64,000 nucleotides of DNA from an uncultured Eubacteriales bacterium (GTDB lineage Bacteria; Bacillota_I; Bacilli_A; RFN20; CAG-288): NCBI GenBank assembly GCA_900316035.1, contig ONBI01000001.1:23675-87674 (forward strand), read 5' to 3'. Under the pieces are notes generated by a model. That model was not told the origin of the DNA. It did not search any database and saw nothing but the letters and a program-made list of their open reading frames with translations. Each line of letters starts with the position of its first letter. Position 1 is the stretch's first letter. This document shows, piece by piece, positions 46,024-56,009 of this stretch. The translations under genes and the position numbers were made by a program.

Positions 46024-46618
46024 AAAGGTTTCATTGTTCCTCAATACGGCGACGAAGGTTTTAGAAGCCGGTCTTCTCTACGGAGATCAGGCTTTGGAAG
46101 TAAAGCTCGGTAATCCGAAGACTGCGCTAGAAAGAACCAATCTCGGTATCGAGATGCTTCTCGATTCCTACGATCTCAAATTAGCCGATGTCGATGCTTT
46201 CTATTGCCTTTTGGGACCTGGTTCCAACACCGGTATCCGACTCGGTCTTACGATTCCGAGAACCATCTATGCCTTCAATCCGAAGATTCTCTGCTTCGGT
46301 ATTCCGACTCTCGAACTGATGACGGAAGAGGTTCCTTATGCCGCAATCAGCGACCGCAACGGAAATCTCTATTTCGGGGAGCGGAAAGAAGATAAGACCG
46401 TCGCTTTAAAGAGAGTCGATAAGAAAGATATCGATTCTCTTTCCGCTCTTCCTTCTATCGCCTTAGAAGCCGATGACACGATGGCGCTGGATAGTGTCAA
46501 GGTCAAAGATATCCACAAGGTGAGAATCCTCGATCTGATGATCGCCTATCGGAGCAAGTTCAAGGATTTCTCCGCCGACGAAGAGAACTATCTTCCGGAG
46601 TACCTGTTAAAGATATGA
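46010..46618 (+). CDS. tsaB: tRNA t6A37 biosynthesis protein TsaB
   Basis: ATG at 46010. GPGSNTGIRLGLTIPRTI motif. Lies between tsaE and rimI/tsaD. Confidence 0.7.
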   Translation: MKDSKKVSLFLNTATKVLEAGLLYGDQALEVKLGNPKTALERTNLGIEMLLDSYDLKLADVDAFYCLLGPGSNTGIRLGLTIPRTIYAFNPKILCFGIPTLELMTEEVPYAAISDRNGNLYFGERKEDKTVALKRVDKKDIDSLSALPSIALEADDTMALDSVKVKDIHKVRILDLMIAYRSKFKDFSADEENYLPEYLLKI

Positions 46619-47049
46619 TCGTCAAAGAAGCCGAAGAACAGGATATTCCTGCCTTATTGGAAATCGGAAAAAGGCTTCCCGGTTTCAAAGCCGAGACGGA
46701 ACTTCCTTTTTATCTCGATACGCTCGGTTTTGAACTCTATGTCTTAGAAGATGACGATAAGAAAGATATCGGTTTTCTCTGCCTCCGCTTAGAAGACGAT
46801 ACGGAAGCCGAGATCGACGATATCGCGATATCTCAGGAAGAAGAAGGAAAAGGAAAAGCCGACTTCTTGCTGAAAGAAGTTCTCAGGGAATGCGCCTTAA
46901 AAGGCGTGAAGAAGATTTATTTAGAAGTCCGAAGCCATAACAGCAGAGCAATCAAGCTTTATGAACGTAACGGGTTTGTCGCTTACCGCACCCGCAAACG
47001 CTATTATCCCGATGACGATGCGCTCTGTTATAGCAGAGAGGAGAAGTGA
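46615..47049 (+). CDS. rimI: GNAT acetyltransferase, RimI-like
   Basis: 144-aa ORF in the conserved tsaB-rimI-tsaD position. GNAT-like C-terminal half (IYLEVRSHNSRAIKLYERNGF). Confidence 0.7.
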   Translation: MIVKEAEEQDIPALLEIGKRLPGFKAETELPFYLDTLGFELYVLEDDDKKDIGFLCLRLEDDTEAEIDDIAISQEEEGKGKADFLLKEVLRECALKGVKKIYLEVRSHNSRAIKLYERNGFVAYRTRKRYYPDDDALCYSREEK

Positions 47050-47050
47050 T

Positions 47051-48073
47051 ATGAAAGACGAAGTCATTCTCGCTTTGGAATCGAGCTGCGATGAAACCGC
47101 GGTGGCGATTCTCAAAAACGGTACGGAGTTATTAGCCAATACCGTCAATACCCAGATCGAAGACCATAAGCGTTTCGGAGGTGTCTATCCCGAACTTGCC
47201 AGCCGTCTTCATCTGAAGAACATCACCAAGGTTCTCTCTTATGCTCTTTCCTTAAAGGGCTTTGATTATCATACGATCACCCATGTCGCCGTGACCGGTG
47301 GCCCTGGTTTACCGGGTGCCTTGCAGATCGGTGTCATGGCCGCTAAGACGATTGCCCAGTATCTCAACGTTCCTCTTATCTCCGTCCATCATCTTGCCGG
47401 ACACATCTATGCAAACGAATACGTCACCGAATTCAAATATCCTCTGATCGCCTTGATCGCTTCCGGAGGTAACTCCGAAATCGTCTATCTGCCTTCGCCG
47501 ATGAAATTCGAAATCCTCGGCGAGACCGAAGACGATGCGATCGGGGAAGCCTTCGATAAGGTCGCCCGTGAATTAGGTCTTCCTTATCCGGGTGGCGTCA
47601 ATCTCGATAAGATCTCCAGAGACGGCAACATCGAAACCTTCAAGCTTCCCCGTCCTAAAGTAGATGGCTATAACCTCTCTTACTCCGGCCTCAAATCCCA
47701 TCTGGTCCGTATGATTCAGAAGGAGCCGAGAGATAAAGACGGGAATCTCCCGTTAGACGTTGTGAAGCGTTATGCGCGTTCGACGGAAGTCGCTTTCGTC
47801 GATCAGCTTCTCGATAAGCTCGCCCTAGCCGCCAAAGACTATCACGTCTCCCAGGTTGTGGTCGGTGGTGGTGTCAGCGCGAACTCCTACTTAAGAAGCC
47901 ATGTCAAAGAAGTCTTTGCCGACACGGGAATCGAAGTCATGATTCCTCCGCTCTGGTGCACGACCGATAACGCCGCGATGATTGCCAAAGCCGCTCATCA
48001 TATGATCGAGCAGGGGAAACTTGCCCCGTTATCGATGACAAGTCTTCCAAACCGCGCCTTAGCGGAGGAATAA
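47051..48073 (+). CDS. tsaD: tRNA N6-adenosine threonylcarbamoyltransferase TsaD
   Basis: ATG at 47051 with ILALESSCDETAVAI, HHLAGHI and GGGVSANSYLR. Confidence 0.92.
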   Translation: MKDEVILALESSCDETAVAILKNGTELLANTVNTQIEDHKRFGGVYPELASRLHLKNITKVLSYALSLKGFDYHTITHVAVTGGPGLPGALQIGVMAAKTIAQYLNVPLISVHHLAGHIYANEYVTEFKYPLIALIASGGNSEIVYLPSPMKFEILGETEDDAIGEAFDKVARELGLPYPGGVNLDKISRDGNIETFKLPRPKVDGYNLSYSGLKSHLVRMIQKEPRDKDGNLPLDVVKRYARSTEVAFVDQLLDKLALAAKDYHVSQVVVGGGVSANSYLRSHVKEVFADTGIEVMIPPLWCTTDNAAMIAKAAHHMIEQGKLAPLSMTSLPNRALAEE

Positions 48074-48098
48074 TTCATCCTTTGAAAGGAGAAACATT

Positions 48099-49484
48099 AT
48101 GGATTTAACCGAAAAATATACCATCAAGGATCTGTTTGATAAGGTGGAAGATAAGACCATTTCGGAACTCGAAGGAAAGGAACTCACGTTCGGCGGTTAC
48201 ACCAAGAATAACCGTTTCAGCGGAACCATCGGTTTTCTCAACATCAACGACGGTTCCTGCTTCTTACCTCTCCAGATTGTCTATGGTCCTAGTGACGAAG
48301 CCTGCAAGGCGGCGAAATTAGGAGCGACCGTCGAAGTCAAAGGTACGCTTCATGTCACTCCGGAAGCAAAACAGCCTTTTGAACTTCATGCGACTTCGAG
48401 CACTCTTGTCGGCGATGTCGATGAGACCTATCCGTTACAGAAGAAGAAGACCAGCTATGAATATCTCCGCTCGATTCCGCAGTGGAGAATGAAGACCAAC
48501 ACCTTCAACGCGGTTTTCCGTGTCCGTTCGACGTTAGCCTATTACATCCATGAATATTTCCATAAGAAGGGTTTCTTATGGATCCATACGCCGATCCTCA
48601 CTTCGAACGACTGCGAAGGCGAAGGTCAGACTTTCGATGTCTATGCCGATGTCAAGAAGCCGACCGAGTTCTTCAATAAGGAGAACGTCCATCTCACCGT
48701 CTCCGGTCAGCTCCATGTCGAACCGTTTGCTCTCACCTATGGTAAGGTCTACACCTTCGGCCCGACTTTCCGCGCCGAGAAATCCAACACCACCCGTCAT
48801 GCGGCCGAGTTCTGGATGGTCGAGCCGGAGTTTGCCTGGGCACATTTAAGCGACCTTTGCGATCTGGAGGAGGATTTCCTCAAATATGTCGTCAAGAAGA
48901 CCAGAGAAGACTGCAAGCAGGATATGGACTTCTTCGCCAAGTGGATCGATAAGGATCTTCCCTCCCGTCTTGACGAGTTTGTCGAGAAACCGTTTAAGAG
49001 AGTCAAGTACGAAGAAGCGATCCAGATTCTTCAGGATGCGGTCAAGAACGGCCATAAGTTCGAAGTCTCCGATATCAAGTTCGGTCTTGATTTAGGAAGC
49101 GAACACGAACGTTATCTGACCGAACAGGTCTTCAAGGGACCTATCTTCCTCACCGATTATCCGAAGGATATCAAGGCCTTCTATATGAAGCAGAACGACG
49201 ATGGCAGAACCGTCGGCGCCGTCGATCTCCTTGTTCCGGAGATCGGTGAACTCTGCGGTGGCAGTGAAAGAGAGGCCGATTACAACAAGCTTCTCACCCG
49301 TATGCAGGAACTCAAGATGAACATCCCTGCCTATCAGTGGTATCTCGATTTACGTAAGAACGGTTCGATTCCGCATTCCGGTTTCGGTCTCGGTTTCGAG
49401 CGTCTGGTCATGCTTGTCACCGGTATGGATAACATCCGTGATACGCTTCCTTATCCGCGTTGCTATAAGGACATGGAATTCTAA
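48099..49484 (+). CDS. asnS: Asparagine--tRNA ligase
   Basis: 461-aa class II aaRS with FGPTFRAEKSNTTRHAAEFWMVEPE and GFGLGFERLV. Confidence 0.9.
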   Translation: MDLTEKYTIKDLFDKVEDKTISELEGKELTFGGYTKNNRFSGTIGFLNINDGSCFLPLQIVYGPSDEACKAAKLGATVEVKGTLHVTPEAKQPFELHATSSTLVGDVDETYPLQKKKTSYEYLRSIPQWRMKTNTFNAVFRVRSTLAYYIHEYFHKKGFLWIHTPILTSNDCEGEGQTFDVYADVKKPTEFFNKENVHLTVSGQLHVEPFALTYGKVYTFGPTFRAEKSNTTRHAAEFWMVEPEFAWAHLSDLCDLEEDFLKYVVKKTREDCKQDMDFFAKWIDKDLPSRLDEFVEKPFKRVKYEEAIQILQDAVKNGHKFEVSDIKFGLDLGSEHERYLTEQVFKGPIFLTDYPKDIKAFYMKQNDDGRTVGAVDLLVPEIGELCGGSEREADYNKLLTRMQELKMNIPAYQWYLDLRKNGSIPHSGFGLGFERLVMLVTGMDNIRDTLPYPRCYKDMEF

Positions 49485-49489
49485 AAGAG

Positions 49490-50965
49490 ATGTTTTTCCA
49501 CAAGAAAAAGAACGAGCCTCAGCCTAGCGAAAACAATAAGCCGGAAGAGAATACTCCGGTACAGGCACCTTCTTCTACTCTGAAAGAAGATGCTTTTGTC
49601 GAGTCGGGTTCGACTCCTTCTTTTGAAGCGGAAAAAGCAGAGGATAGCAAACCCTTTACTCCTGCTCCGGAAACAGCGGACGATAGCTCCTTAAAAGAGC
49701 AGGCAACACCTAGTACTCCAACACCGAATGCTCCACAGCAACCGATTCAGATTCTTGTACAGAATAACCCAGCCCCTAATCCGACTACGAATGCTAGTGA
49801 AGAACCGAAGAAAGGAAATTACTCTACCGGTAAGAAAGTCGGAAGAGTTCTCCTTTCGCTTGCGGTCCTCGGTTCCTTTGTTCTTGCCGGCTTCTCTATC
49901 TACGAAAGAATCGTCTTTGCGCAGACCGAGAAAACCGGAGACGATAGCTACATCACCTTAAACGGGATGAGCGTCACCGAATCCAAGAAAGTCTATGGGG
50001 AATTCGGTAAAGGCAAACAGAAGAAAGCACACGATATCTCCTTAGTCGGTACCAAACTCTTTGTCAGTGAAAGCAAGATCACCCCTTCGCTTTATGCTTC
50101 TTCGGATACGACTCCGATTGCAGGAGGAGGAAGCAATTTCTATCTCTATAACCTCACTTCCGATGTTCCTCTTTCCGCCAGTGCCAAATCCGATTTCACC
50201 CATCATAAGTTCTATATCGATCTCAACGACTTAGAAGAAGGGGATTACCTCCTCTATTCGGATCCGAATTCCTCTTCGGATAAGAAGAGCGATATCAATC
50301 CTTATTCGCTTTCGTTTGCTTCGCCTGTTTCTTTGGAAACCTATTCTTTACCGGATAGCAAGACCGGAATAAGAAAGAGAATCACCATCCGCAACAACGA
50401 AGCTTCGCCTTTCCTTCTGATCAATATCAAGCAGGCGGGAACCACGCTTTCTTCCGATTATGCCGATGCGGTTCTCTTTGCTTCCACCTATCCGGAAGCG
50501 GATGGAACCTTCACAAAGAAAGAAGTTTCTTCTACTCTTATCGAACACCTGAATACGTTACAGAAGTCCTTATCGGAATCGGGGAAATATCAGATCAAGG
50601 TCGTCTCTTCTTTAGAAGAAGCCATTCCCTATCATGCTCCTTACGCCTTTGCCGTTTCGGAAGATATCACAGGCAATCTCACTTCTCTCTTTACTCTCGA
50701 TGAAGTTACCTGGGCTAGCACCTATACTACGAATGTACTTTCTTCCTCCAGTACGTTAGCCGGTTATGATGCGAATCCGGAGATACGAGAAACCGTCGGA
50801 TATCTGGATCAGGCCGGAAGAAGCTATGCCGATGTCATCGGTAACGATACGACTTATCATGCTACTTACCAAGGAAAAGAAAGCTTCCTCTTTGCTTCGA
50901 CAAGCGACGATACGGATGCAAAACTTATGCTTTCTCTTCTCTCCCATAACGACAGCAATCTGTGA
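49490..50965 (+). CDS. Hypothetical membrane-anchored protein
   Basis: 491-aa ORF with a low-complexity P/E/S-rich N-terminus, a single TM segment (VLLSLAVLGSFVLAGFSIY) and a large extracytoplasmic part. Confidence 0.5.
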   Translation: MFFHKKKNEPQPSENNKPEENTPVQAPSSTLKEDAFVESGSTPSFEAEKAEDSKPFTPAPETADDSSLKEQATPSTPTPNAPQQPIQILVQNNPAPNPTTNASEEPKKGNYSTGKKVGRVLLSLAVLGSFVLAGFSIYERIVFAQTEKTGDDSYITLNGMSVTESKKVYGEFGKGKQKKAHDISLVGTKLFVSESKITPSLYASSDTTPIAGGGSNFYLYNLTSDVPLSASAKSDFTHHKFYIDLNDLEEGDYLLYSDPNSSSDKKSDINPYSLSFASPVSLETYSLPDSKTGIRKRITIRNNEASPFLLINIKQAGTTLSSDYADAVLFASTYPEADGTFTKKEVSSTLIEHLNTLQKSLSESGKYQIKVVSSLEEAIPYHAPYAFAVSEDITGNLTSLFTLDEVTWASTYTTNVLSSSSTLAGYDANPEIRETVGYLDQAGRSYADVIGNDTTYHATYQGKESFLFASTSDDTDAKLMLSLLSHNDSNL

Positions 50966-50994
50966 CTCCTTTCTCTTGAGAGGAGTCTTTTTTG
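50964..50994 (+). terminator. Intrinsic terminator
   Basis: Stem gactcct / aggagtc followed by tttttt, overlapping the stop codon. Confidence 0.6.
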
Positions 50995-51192
50995 TCTTAA
51001 AGAAACCTTAAAATTCAGCTTTCAGGGACAGAAAAAGGTAAAATTTTCTCTTTTCTTTTTGCCTTTATGAAAACGATTTTCATTGTTTCAATTTTATAAT
51101 ATTTTCTGTTTCTTTTAATTTTATTTTCTGTTCCCAACTTTTTCCGCTGTGAAAGATTTTTTCTTGTTTCATGAAAATATGAAAAATTCACA

Positions 51193-51221
51193 TTGCAACC
51201 GCTCCCAAAAATCATTATATT
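51193..51221 (+). promoter_or_regulatory. Candidate sigma-A promoter TTGCAA-17-TATATT of the glutamine synthetase gene
   Basis: ttgcaa at 51193..51198, a 17-nt spacer, tatatt at 51216..51221, and the ATG 30 nt downstream. Confidence 0.45.
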
Positions 51222-51251
51222 GATTCTCGTTGTGAAAAAAGGAGGCGCGTT

Positions 51252-53366
51252 ATGCCAGACAAGTTCGATGTCGCAGCGAACTACGGAATCGATGTCTTTG
51301 ATGACGAAGAGATGAGAACCCACCTTCCTAAGAAAGTCTACGAAGCCTTGATGGATACGATCCACAACGGCAAAGAGCTCGATGCTTCTTTAGCCGATGA
51401 TGTCGCCCATGGCATGAAGGACTGGGCGATTTCCAAGGGTGCCACCCACTACACCCATTGGTTCCAGCCGATGAGCGGTGTCACTGCCGAAAAGCACGAT
51501 GCCTTTATTTCAAAGCCCGATGAGCACGGAAAAGTCATTATGGCCTTCTCCGGCAAAGAGCTCATCAAGGGCGAACCGGATGCTTCTTCCTTCCCTTCCG
51601 GCGGTTTAAGAGCCACTTTCGAAGCCCGTGGTTATACCGCTTGGGACTGCACTTCTCCGGCTTTCGTCATCCATGATGAAGACGGCGGTGTCCTTTATAT
51701 CCCGACAGCTTTCTGCTCCTACACGGGCGAAGCTCTCGACGATAAGACTCCTCTTCTCCGTTCCATGGATTATCTCTCCGAACAGGCGGTCCGCGCTTTA
51801 CGTATCTTCGGCGATTCGACTACGAAACGTGTTTTACCTGCTGCCGGTCCGGAACAGGAATACTTCCTTATCGATACCGAACATTTTGCAGCCCGTAAGG
51901 ACCTCATCTATACCGGCCGTACCCTCTTCGGCGCTCCGGCTCCGAAAGGACAGGAACTCGAAGATCACTATTTCGGCCCTATCCGTGAGAAGATTGCTGC
52001 CTTCATGGCCGAAGTCGATGAAACCTTATGGAAATTAGGTGTCCCGGCTAAGACCCGTCATAACGAGGTCGCTCCTAGTCAGCACGAACTGGCGGTCGTC
52101 TATTCGACTTCCAATGTCGCTGCCGATCAGAACGCTCTTGTCATGCTTGTCTTAAAGAAGCTTGCCAAGAAGCATGGCTTCATCTGCTTACTTGCCGAAA
52201 AGCCTTTTGCCGGCATCAACGGAAGCGGTAAACACAATAACTGGTCCTTAGCTACCGATACCGGTGTTAACCTCTTCAACCCTGGCAAGAACCCGAGAGA
52301 GAACACGCAGTTCTTAGTCTTCTTAGCCGCGGTTGTCAAAGCGATTGATGAGTATGCGGGTCTTTTAAGAGAATCCGTAGCCACCTATACAAACGATTTC
52401 CGCTTAGGCGCTAATGAAGCCCCGCCGGCTATTCTCTCCGTCTTCATCGGTGATGAACTCGAAGATGTGGTTGAACGCATCATCAATACCGATGCTCCGG
52501 CCCGTGCTACCGGGAACCATCTTCTTGTCACCGGTGCCAAGACGCTTCCGACTTTACCGAAGGATTCGACCGACCGTAACCGTACCTCTCCGTTTGCTTT
52601 CACCGGCAACCGCTTCGAATTCCGTATGGTCGGCTCTCAGCAGAATATTGCCGAACCTAACACCGTCGTCAACACCATCGTCGGTCACGCCTTAAAGGAC
52701 TTCGCCGATACCGTCGAAAGAAGCGAAGATGCGACGAAGGCCATCAACGAATGGATCGCTACCACCCTTAAGGAACATCAGCGCATCATCTTCAATGGCG
52801 ATGGCTATTCCGATGCTTGGGTCAAGGAAGCCGCCAAGCGCGGTCTTCCGAACCTCAAGACCACCGTCGAAGCGACCGATGTCCTCTCGACCGACAAGGT
52901 CAAGGAACTCTTCTTAGAATCGAAGGTTCTTACCTCTACCGAACTTGCTTCCCGCGCCCAGATCAAGTACACCAACTACGCTAACCTCGTCACCATCGAT
53001 GCCAAGACCATGATCCATATGGTCGATAAGCAGTATCTTCCGGCCGGAAACAAGTATCTCGATAAGTTAGCCAAAGAGATTGAACATTGCCACGATGCTT
53101 CTATCCCGACTCCGAAATCCACCATCAAGAAAGCCGGTGACATCTCGACCTTACTCGATAAGATTTCCGATACCAAGGATGAATTAGTCAAGACGGCGGA
53201 GGGAGCAAAAGGAATCAGCGGAAGAGAACTCGCGGTCTATTGCCGTGATAAGATTCTTCCTTTGCTTTCTGCTCTCAGAGAACCCGTTGATGCTCTTGAG
53301 CTTCTCGTCGCGAAGGAAGATTGGCCGGTTCCTTCGTATGGCGATCTTCTTTTCCACGTCAACTAA
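51252..53366 (+). CDS. glnN: Glutamine synthetase type III
   Basis: 704-aa ORF. N-terminal YGIDVFDDEEM...GATHYTHWFQPMSGVTAEKHDAF is typical of about 700-aa GSIII enzymes. Confidence 0.88.
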   Translation: MPDKFDVAANYGIDVFDDEEMRTHLPKKVYEALMDTIHNGKELDASLADDVAHGMKDWAISKGATHYTHWFQPMSGVTAEKHDAFISKPDEHGKVIMAFSGKELIKGEPDASSFPSGGLRATFEARGYTAWDCTSPAFVIHDEDGGVLYIPTAFCSYTGEALDDKTPLLRSMDYLSEQAVRALRIFGDSTTKRVLPAAGPEQEYFLIDTEHFAARKDLIYTGRTLFGAPAPKGQELEDHYFGPIREKIAAFMAEVDETLWKLGVPAKTRHNEVAPSQHELAVVYSTSNVAADQNALVMLVLKKLAKKHGFICLLAEKPFAGINGSGKHNNWSLATDTGVNLFNPGKNPRENTQFLVFLAAVVKAIDEYAGLLRESVATYTNDFRLGANEAPPAILSVFIGDELEDVVERIINTDAPARATGNHLLVTGAKTLPTLPKDSTDRNRTSPFAFTGNRFEFRMVGSQQNIAEPNTVVNTIVGHALKDFADTVERSEDATKAINEWIATTLKEHQRIIFNGDGYSDAWVKEAAKRGLPNLKTTVEATDVLSTDKVKELFLESKVLTSTELASRAQIKYTNYANLVTIDAKTMIHMVDKQYLPAGNKYLDKLAKEIEHCHDASIPTPKSTIKKAGDISTLLDKISDTKDELVKTAEGAKGISGRELAVYCRDKILPLLSALREPVDALELLVAKEDWPVPSYGDLLFHVN

Positions 53367-53385
53367 GCCTTTCTTAAGTCACAGG

Positions 53386-53420
53386 CGGCTGTTGCTTTCT
53401 TGCAGCAGCCGTTTTCTCTT
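53386..53420 (+). terminator. Intrinsic terminator
   Basis: Stem cggctgttgc / gcagcagccg (one G-U pair) followed by ttttctctt. Confidence 0.65.
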
Positions 53421-53559
53421 GAAATAAGGGAAATAACTACTATTTCTTTTCATTTTCTTCTCTCATTTTTCTTTGAGCTGTTGCACTCTTCTTAAGAGTT
53501 GTTTAAGCTATTAAGCAAGAAAAACACATCCCTCTTCGTCTTAGGGAAAGGAGGCAAAT

Positions 53560-54651
53560 ATGACTCCACGGGAAGAAGAGATTCTGGCCTTGATCGGGGA
53601 AAACCCGATGATCTCCCAGGAGGAAATCGCTAAGAAGACGCATATGTCCCGCTCTTCGGTAGCGGTCCATATCACATCTTTAAAAAGGCAAGGCTACATT
53701 TTAGGTAGACGTTATGTCGTAAGGACCAAACCTTATGTCGCCGTTGTCGGCGGTATCAACATCGATATCGGCGGAACTCCTTTCTCCACCTTTGTTCCCG
53801 AAGATTCGAATCCGGGTACGGTCCATACCTCTTTCGGAGGCGTCGGAAGAAATATCGCTCAGGATCTTGCCCTCCTCTCTTTACCCGTCGAGATGCTGAC
53901 GGTCTTAGGAAACGACGACAATGCCAAGAAGATTGAAGAGCACTGCCATTCGGTCGGCATCGGTCTCAATTATGCAAAACGGGTTCCGGATCTTCCTACC
54001 TCTACTTATCTCTATGTTGAAAACGAAAAAGGAAAGATGGTAGCCGCGATTGCCGATATGTCGATCATGGAGCGCTTTGATGTCCAGTACGTCAAAGAGA
54101 AAGAAGAAGCCTTAGCCAAGGCTCAGGTCATCGTGCTGGATACCAATCCTCCGGAAGATGCTTTACTGGAGATTTTACGTACCACCAAAGCTCCGATCAT
54201 CGCCGATGCAGTTTCCACGACCAAGGCGAAGAAACTGGAAAAAGGTCTTTCCTATCTCACCGGTCTTAAGTGCAACGATCTCGAAGCTATGACTCTGACC
54301 GGAATCGAAATCCATGATGTCGCTACCGCCCATCAGGCAGCCGATAGATTGGTTCAGCTCGGAGTCAAGAACGCCTTCATCTCCTTAGGTAGCGAAGGAG
54401 CCTGCGCTGCCGATAAAAGCGGATCGTTCTATCTTCCACCGTTCCCCGGAAAGGTCGTCAACACCACCGGATGCGGGGATGCTTTTACCGCCGGTATCGT
54501 GTATGCTTTCTATCGGGGTATGTCCTTAAAGGAAGCGTTGCGGGCTGGTTTAGCCACGGCCACTTTCCCCTTAGAAACCGAATCCTCCGTCAACAGTTCT
54601 CTTTCGGAATCCGGTATGTGTAAAAGAGCCGGTCTTCCTTTACCGCAATAA
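53560..54651 (+). CDS. PfkB-family kinase fused to an N-terminal winged-helix HTH (pseudouridine/ribokinase-like)
   Basis: 363-aa ORF with RBS aaaggagg. The first ~55 aa (EILALIGENPMISQEEIAKKTHMSRSSVAVHITSLKRQGYI) are wHTH-like. VAVVGGINIDIGG and TTGCGDAFTAG kinase motifs follow. Confidence 0.75.
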   Translation: MTPREEEILALIGENPMISQEEIAKKTHMSRSSVAVHITSLKRQGYILGRRYVVRTKPYVAVVGGINIDIGGTPFSTFVPEDSNPGTVHTSFGGVGRNIAQDLALLSLPVEMLTVLGNDDNAKKIEEHCHSVGIGLNYAKRVPDLPTSTYLYVENEKGKMVAAIADMSIMERFDVQYVKEKEEALAKAQVIVLDTNPPEDALLEILRTTKAPIIADAVSTTKAKKLEKGLSYLTGLKCNDLEAMTLTGIEIHDVATAHQAADRLVQLGVKNAFISLGSEGACAADKSGSFYLPPFPGKVVNTTGCGDAFTAGIVYAFYRGMSLKEALRAGLATATFPLETESSVNSSLSESGMCKRAGLPLPQ

Positions 54652-54675
54652 ACCCTCATTCAGAAGATTTCTTTT

Positions 54676-55944
54676 ATGCCACAATCGGATCTCATTATTC
54701 TCTTAGTCGTGTTATCGCTTCTTTTAGCTAGCGCCATTGTGCTCCTAGTGCTTTTCCTGTGGAAACAGAAAGGCGGAAAAGGAAAAGAAACAGAAAAGAA
54801 GAAGATAGAGAAACCGGCTCCCAAGAACGAAGAAGAAAATACTGCTCCGGAAGAAGCGGAGCTTCCTCTTTCTCCGCTTCCTGAAGAAGAGGTCCCGAAG
54901 GATCAGATGATTGAAATCAAAGACAGCAGACTTCTCTCCTTGATTGAGACGATGATTCCGGGATTTGCCACTACCAGCGAAGCCCTGAAGGAAGCTTTCG
55001 ATAAACCCAAGAAAGTCGCCTATCAGACCGTTGTTCCTGCCAAAGGAAAACCGGTCAAGAAATATTCTTCCAAAGAAAACTTCAAGGATCCTTCTAAACC
55101 AATCTATTTCTTACCTTATAAAATGACAATTCCTCTTACTCCTACGGCCGGTGTCCATAGTGCGATGAGTTTAGCTTCCTGGGTCGTCGGAACTTATTAC
55201 CTCAACAAGATTCATTCCCAGCTCGATACGATTCTTGTTAATGCAAACAGGATCTCCGATTTCCAGGATAACGAATACCGCAGCAAAGTCTTCTCCTTAC
55301 TTACCCATATCCGCCAGATCTCCGACTTCCAGGAAGAGATTCTTGCTAACGATGATTTAAGAAAAGATAAGATTCAGCAGCTCGCTTCCTTAGAGGAAGA
55401 AGATACTTCTCTCTTAGGTCAGGCAAACCTGATGCTTGCCTCTTCAACAAAGAAAAACAAGCTCACCTATAAAGAATACGTAGCGGAAACAAAGACTCTG
55501 GATAACTACTATACGTATCAGGAAATACTATTAGATCTTCTTTATCAATGTGCGAATCTCACTTACACCCTATATCTCGGCGAAGTATCCAGAAAACAGT
55601 GCAACGCTCTTCTTCCTACCTATACCGAACAGAGCAAAGAAGCAAGAGACAGGGTTCAGCGTTGGCACAATGAGAATGCAAAACGCCTAAGCTATGATCT
55701 GAAGACCAAGAAAGTACGCAGAGAAGGCCTCAATCGTATGGTTCATCTCGTTCCCGGACTCTTCCACAAAGAAAAGAACTATACCGATATGGAAGAAGAA
55801 GTCGTAAACGAAATTGTTACGCAGAACAAACCTCTTCCGGTCGAAAAAGGAGAAGAAGAGCTCTTCTCCGAAGATGTCACTCTCATCTCCTACGAAGGAA
55901 AGGTCTACTATCTTCCGAAAGAAGAAAAGAAACAGGAAAACTGA
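54676..55944 (+). CDS. Hypothetical N-terminally anchored protein
   Basis: 422-aa ORF with an N-terminal TM segment (LIILLVVLSLLLASAIVLLVLFLW), a charged linker and a helical C-terminal part. No clear RBS. Confidence 0.45.
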   Translation: MPQSDLIILLVVLSLLLASAIVLLVLFLWKQKGGKGKETEKKKIEKPAPKNEEENTAPEEAELPLSPLPEEEVPKDQMIEIKDSRLLSLIETMIPGFATTSEALKEAFDKPKKVAYQTVVPAKGKPVKKYSSKENFKDPSKPIYFLPYKMTIPLTPTAGVHSAMSLASWVVGTYYLNKIHSQLDTILVNANRISDFQDNEYRSKVFSLLTHIRQISDFQEEILANDDLRKDKIQQLASLEEEDTSLLGQANLMLASSTKKNKLTYKEYVAETKTLDNYYTYQEILLDLLYQCANLTYTLYLGEVSRKQCNALLPTYTEQSKEARDRVQRWHNENAKRLSYDLKTKKVRREGLNRMVHLVPGLFHKEKNYTDMEEEVVNEIVTQNKPLPVEKGEEELFSEDVTLISYEGKVYYLPKEEKKQEN

Positions 55945-56007
55945 AAAGCAGGGTCAAGGATTCGGTTCTTATAGATAGAAACCGATTCCTCACACCCTGC
56001 TTTTTTC
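55944..56007. terminator. Bidirectional terminator between convergent genes
   Basis: Long hairpin gcagggt...aggattcggtt / aaccgattcct...accctgc, flanked by aaaa on the left and tttttt on the right. Confidence 0.65.
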
Positions 56008-56009
56008 TT

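Noticed and set aside
51160-51200. TnrA/GlnR box upstream of the glutamine synthetase gene
   Set aside because: No TGTNA-N7-TNACA match in either orientation. The repeated ATGAAAA motif is reported separately as an unknown operator candidate.
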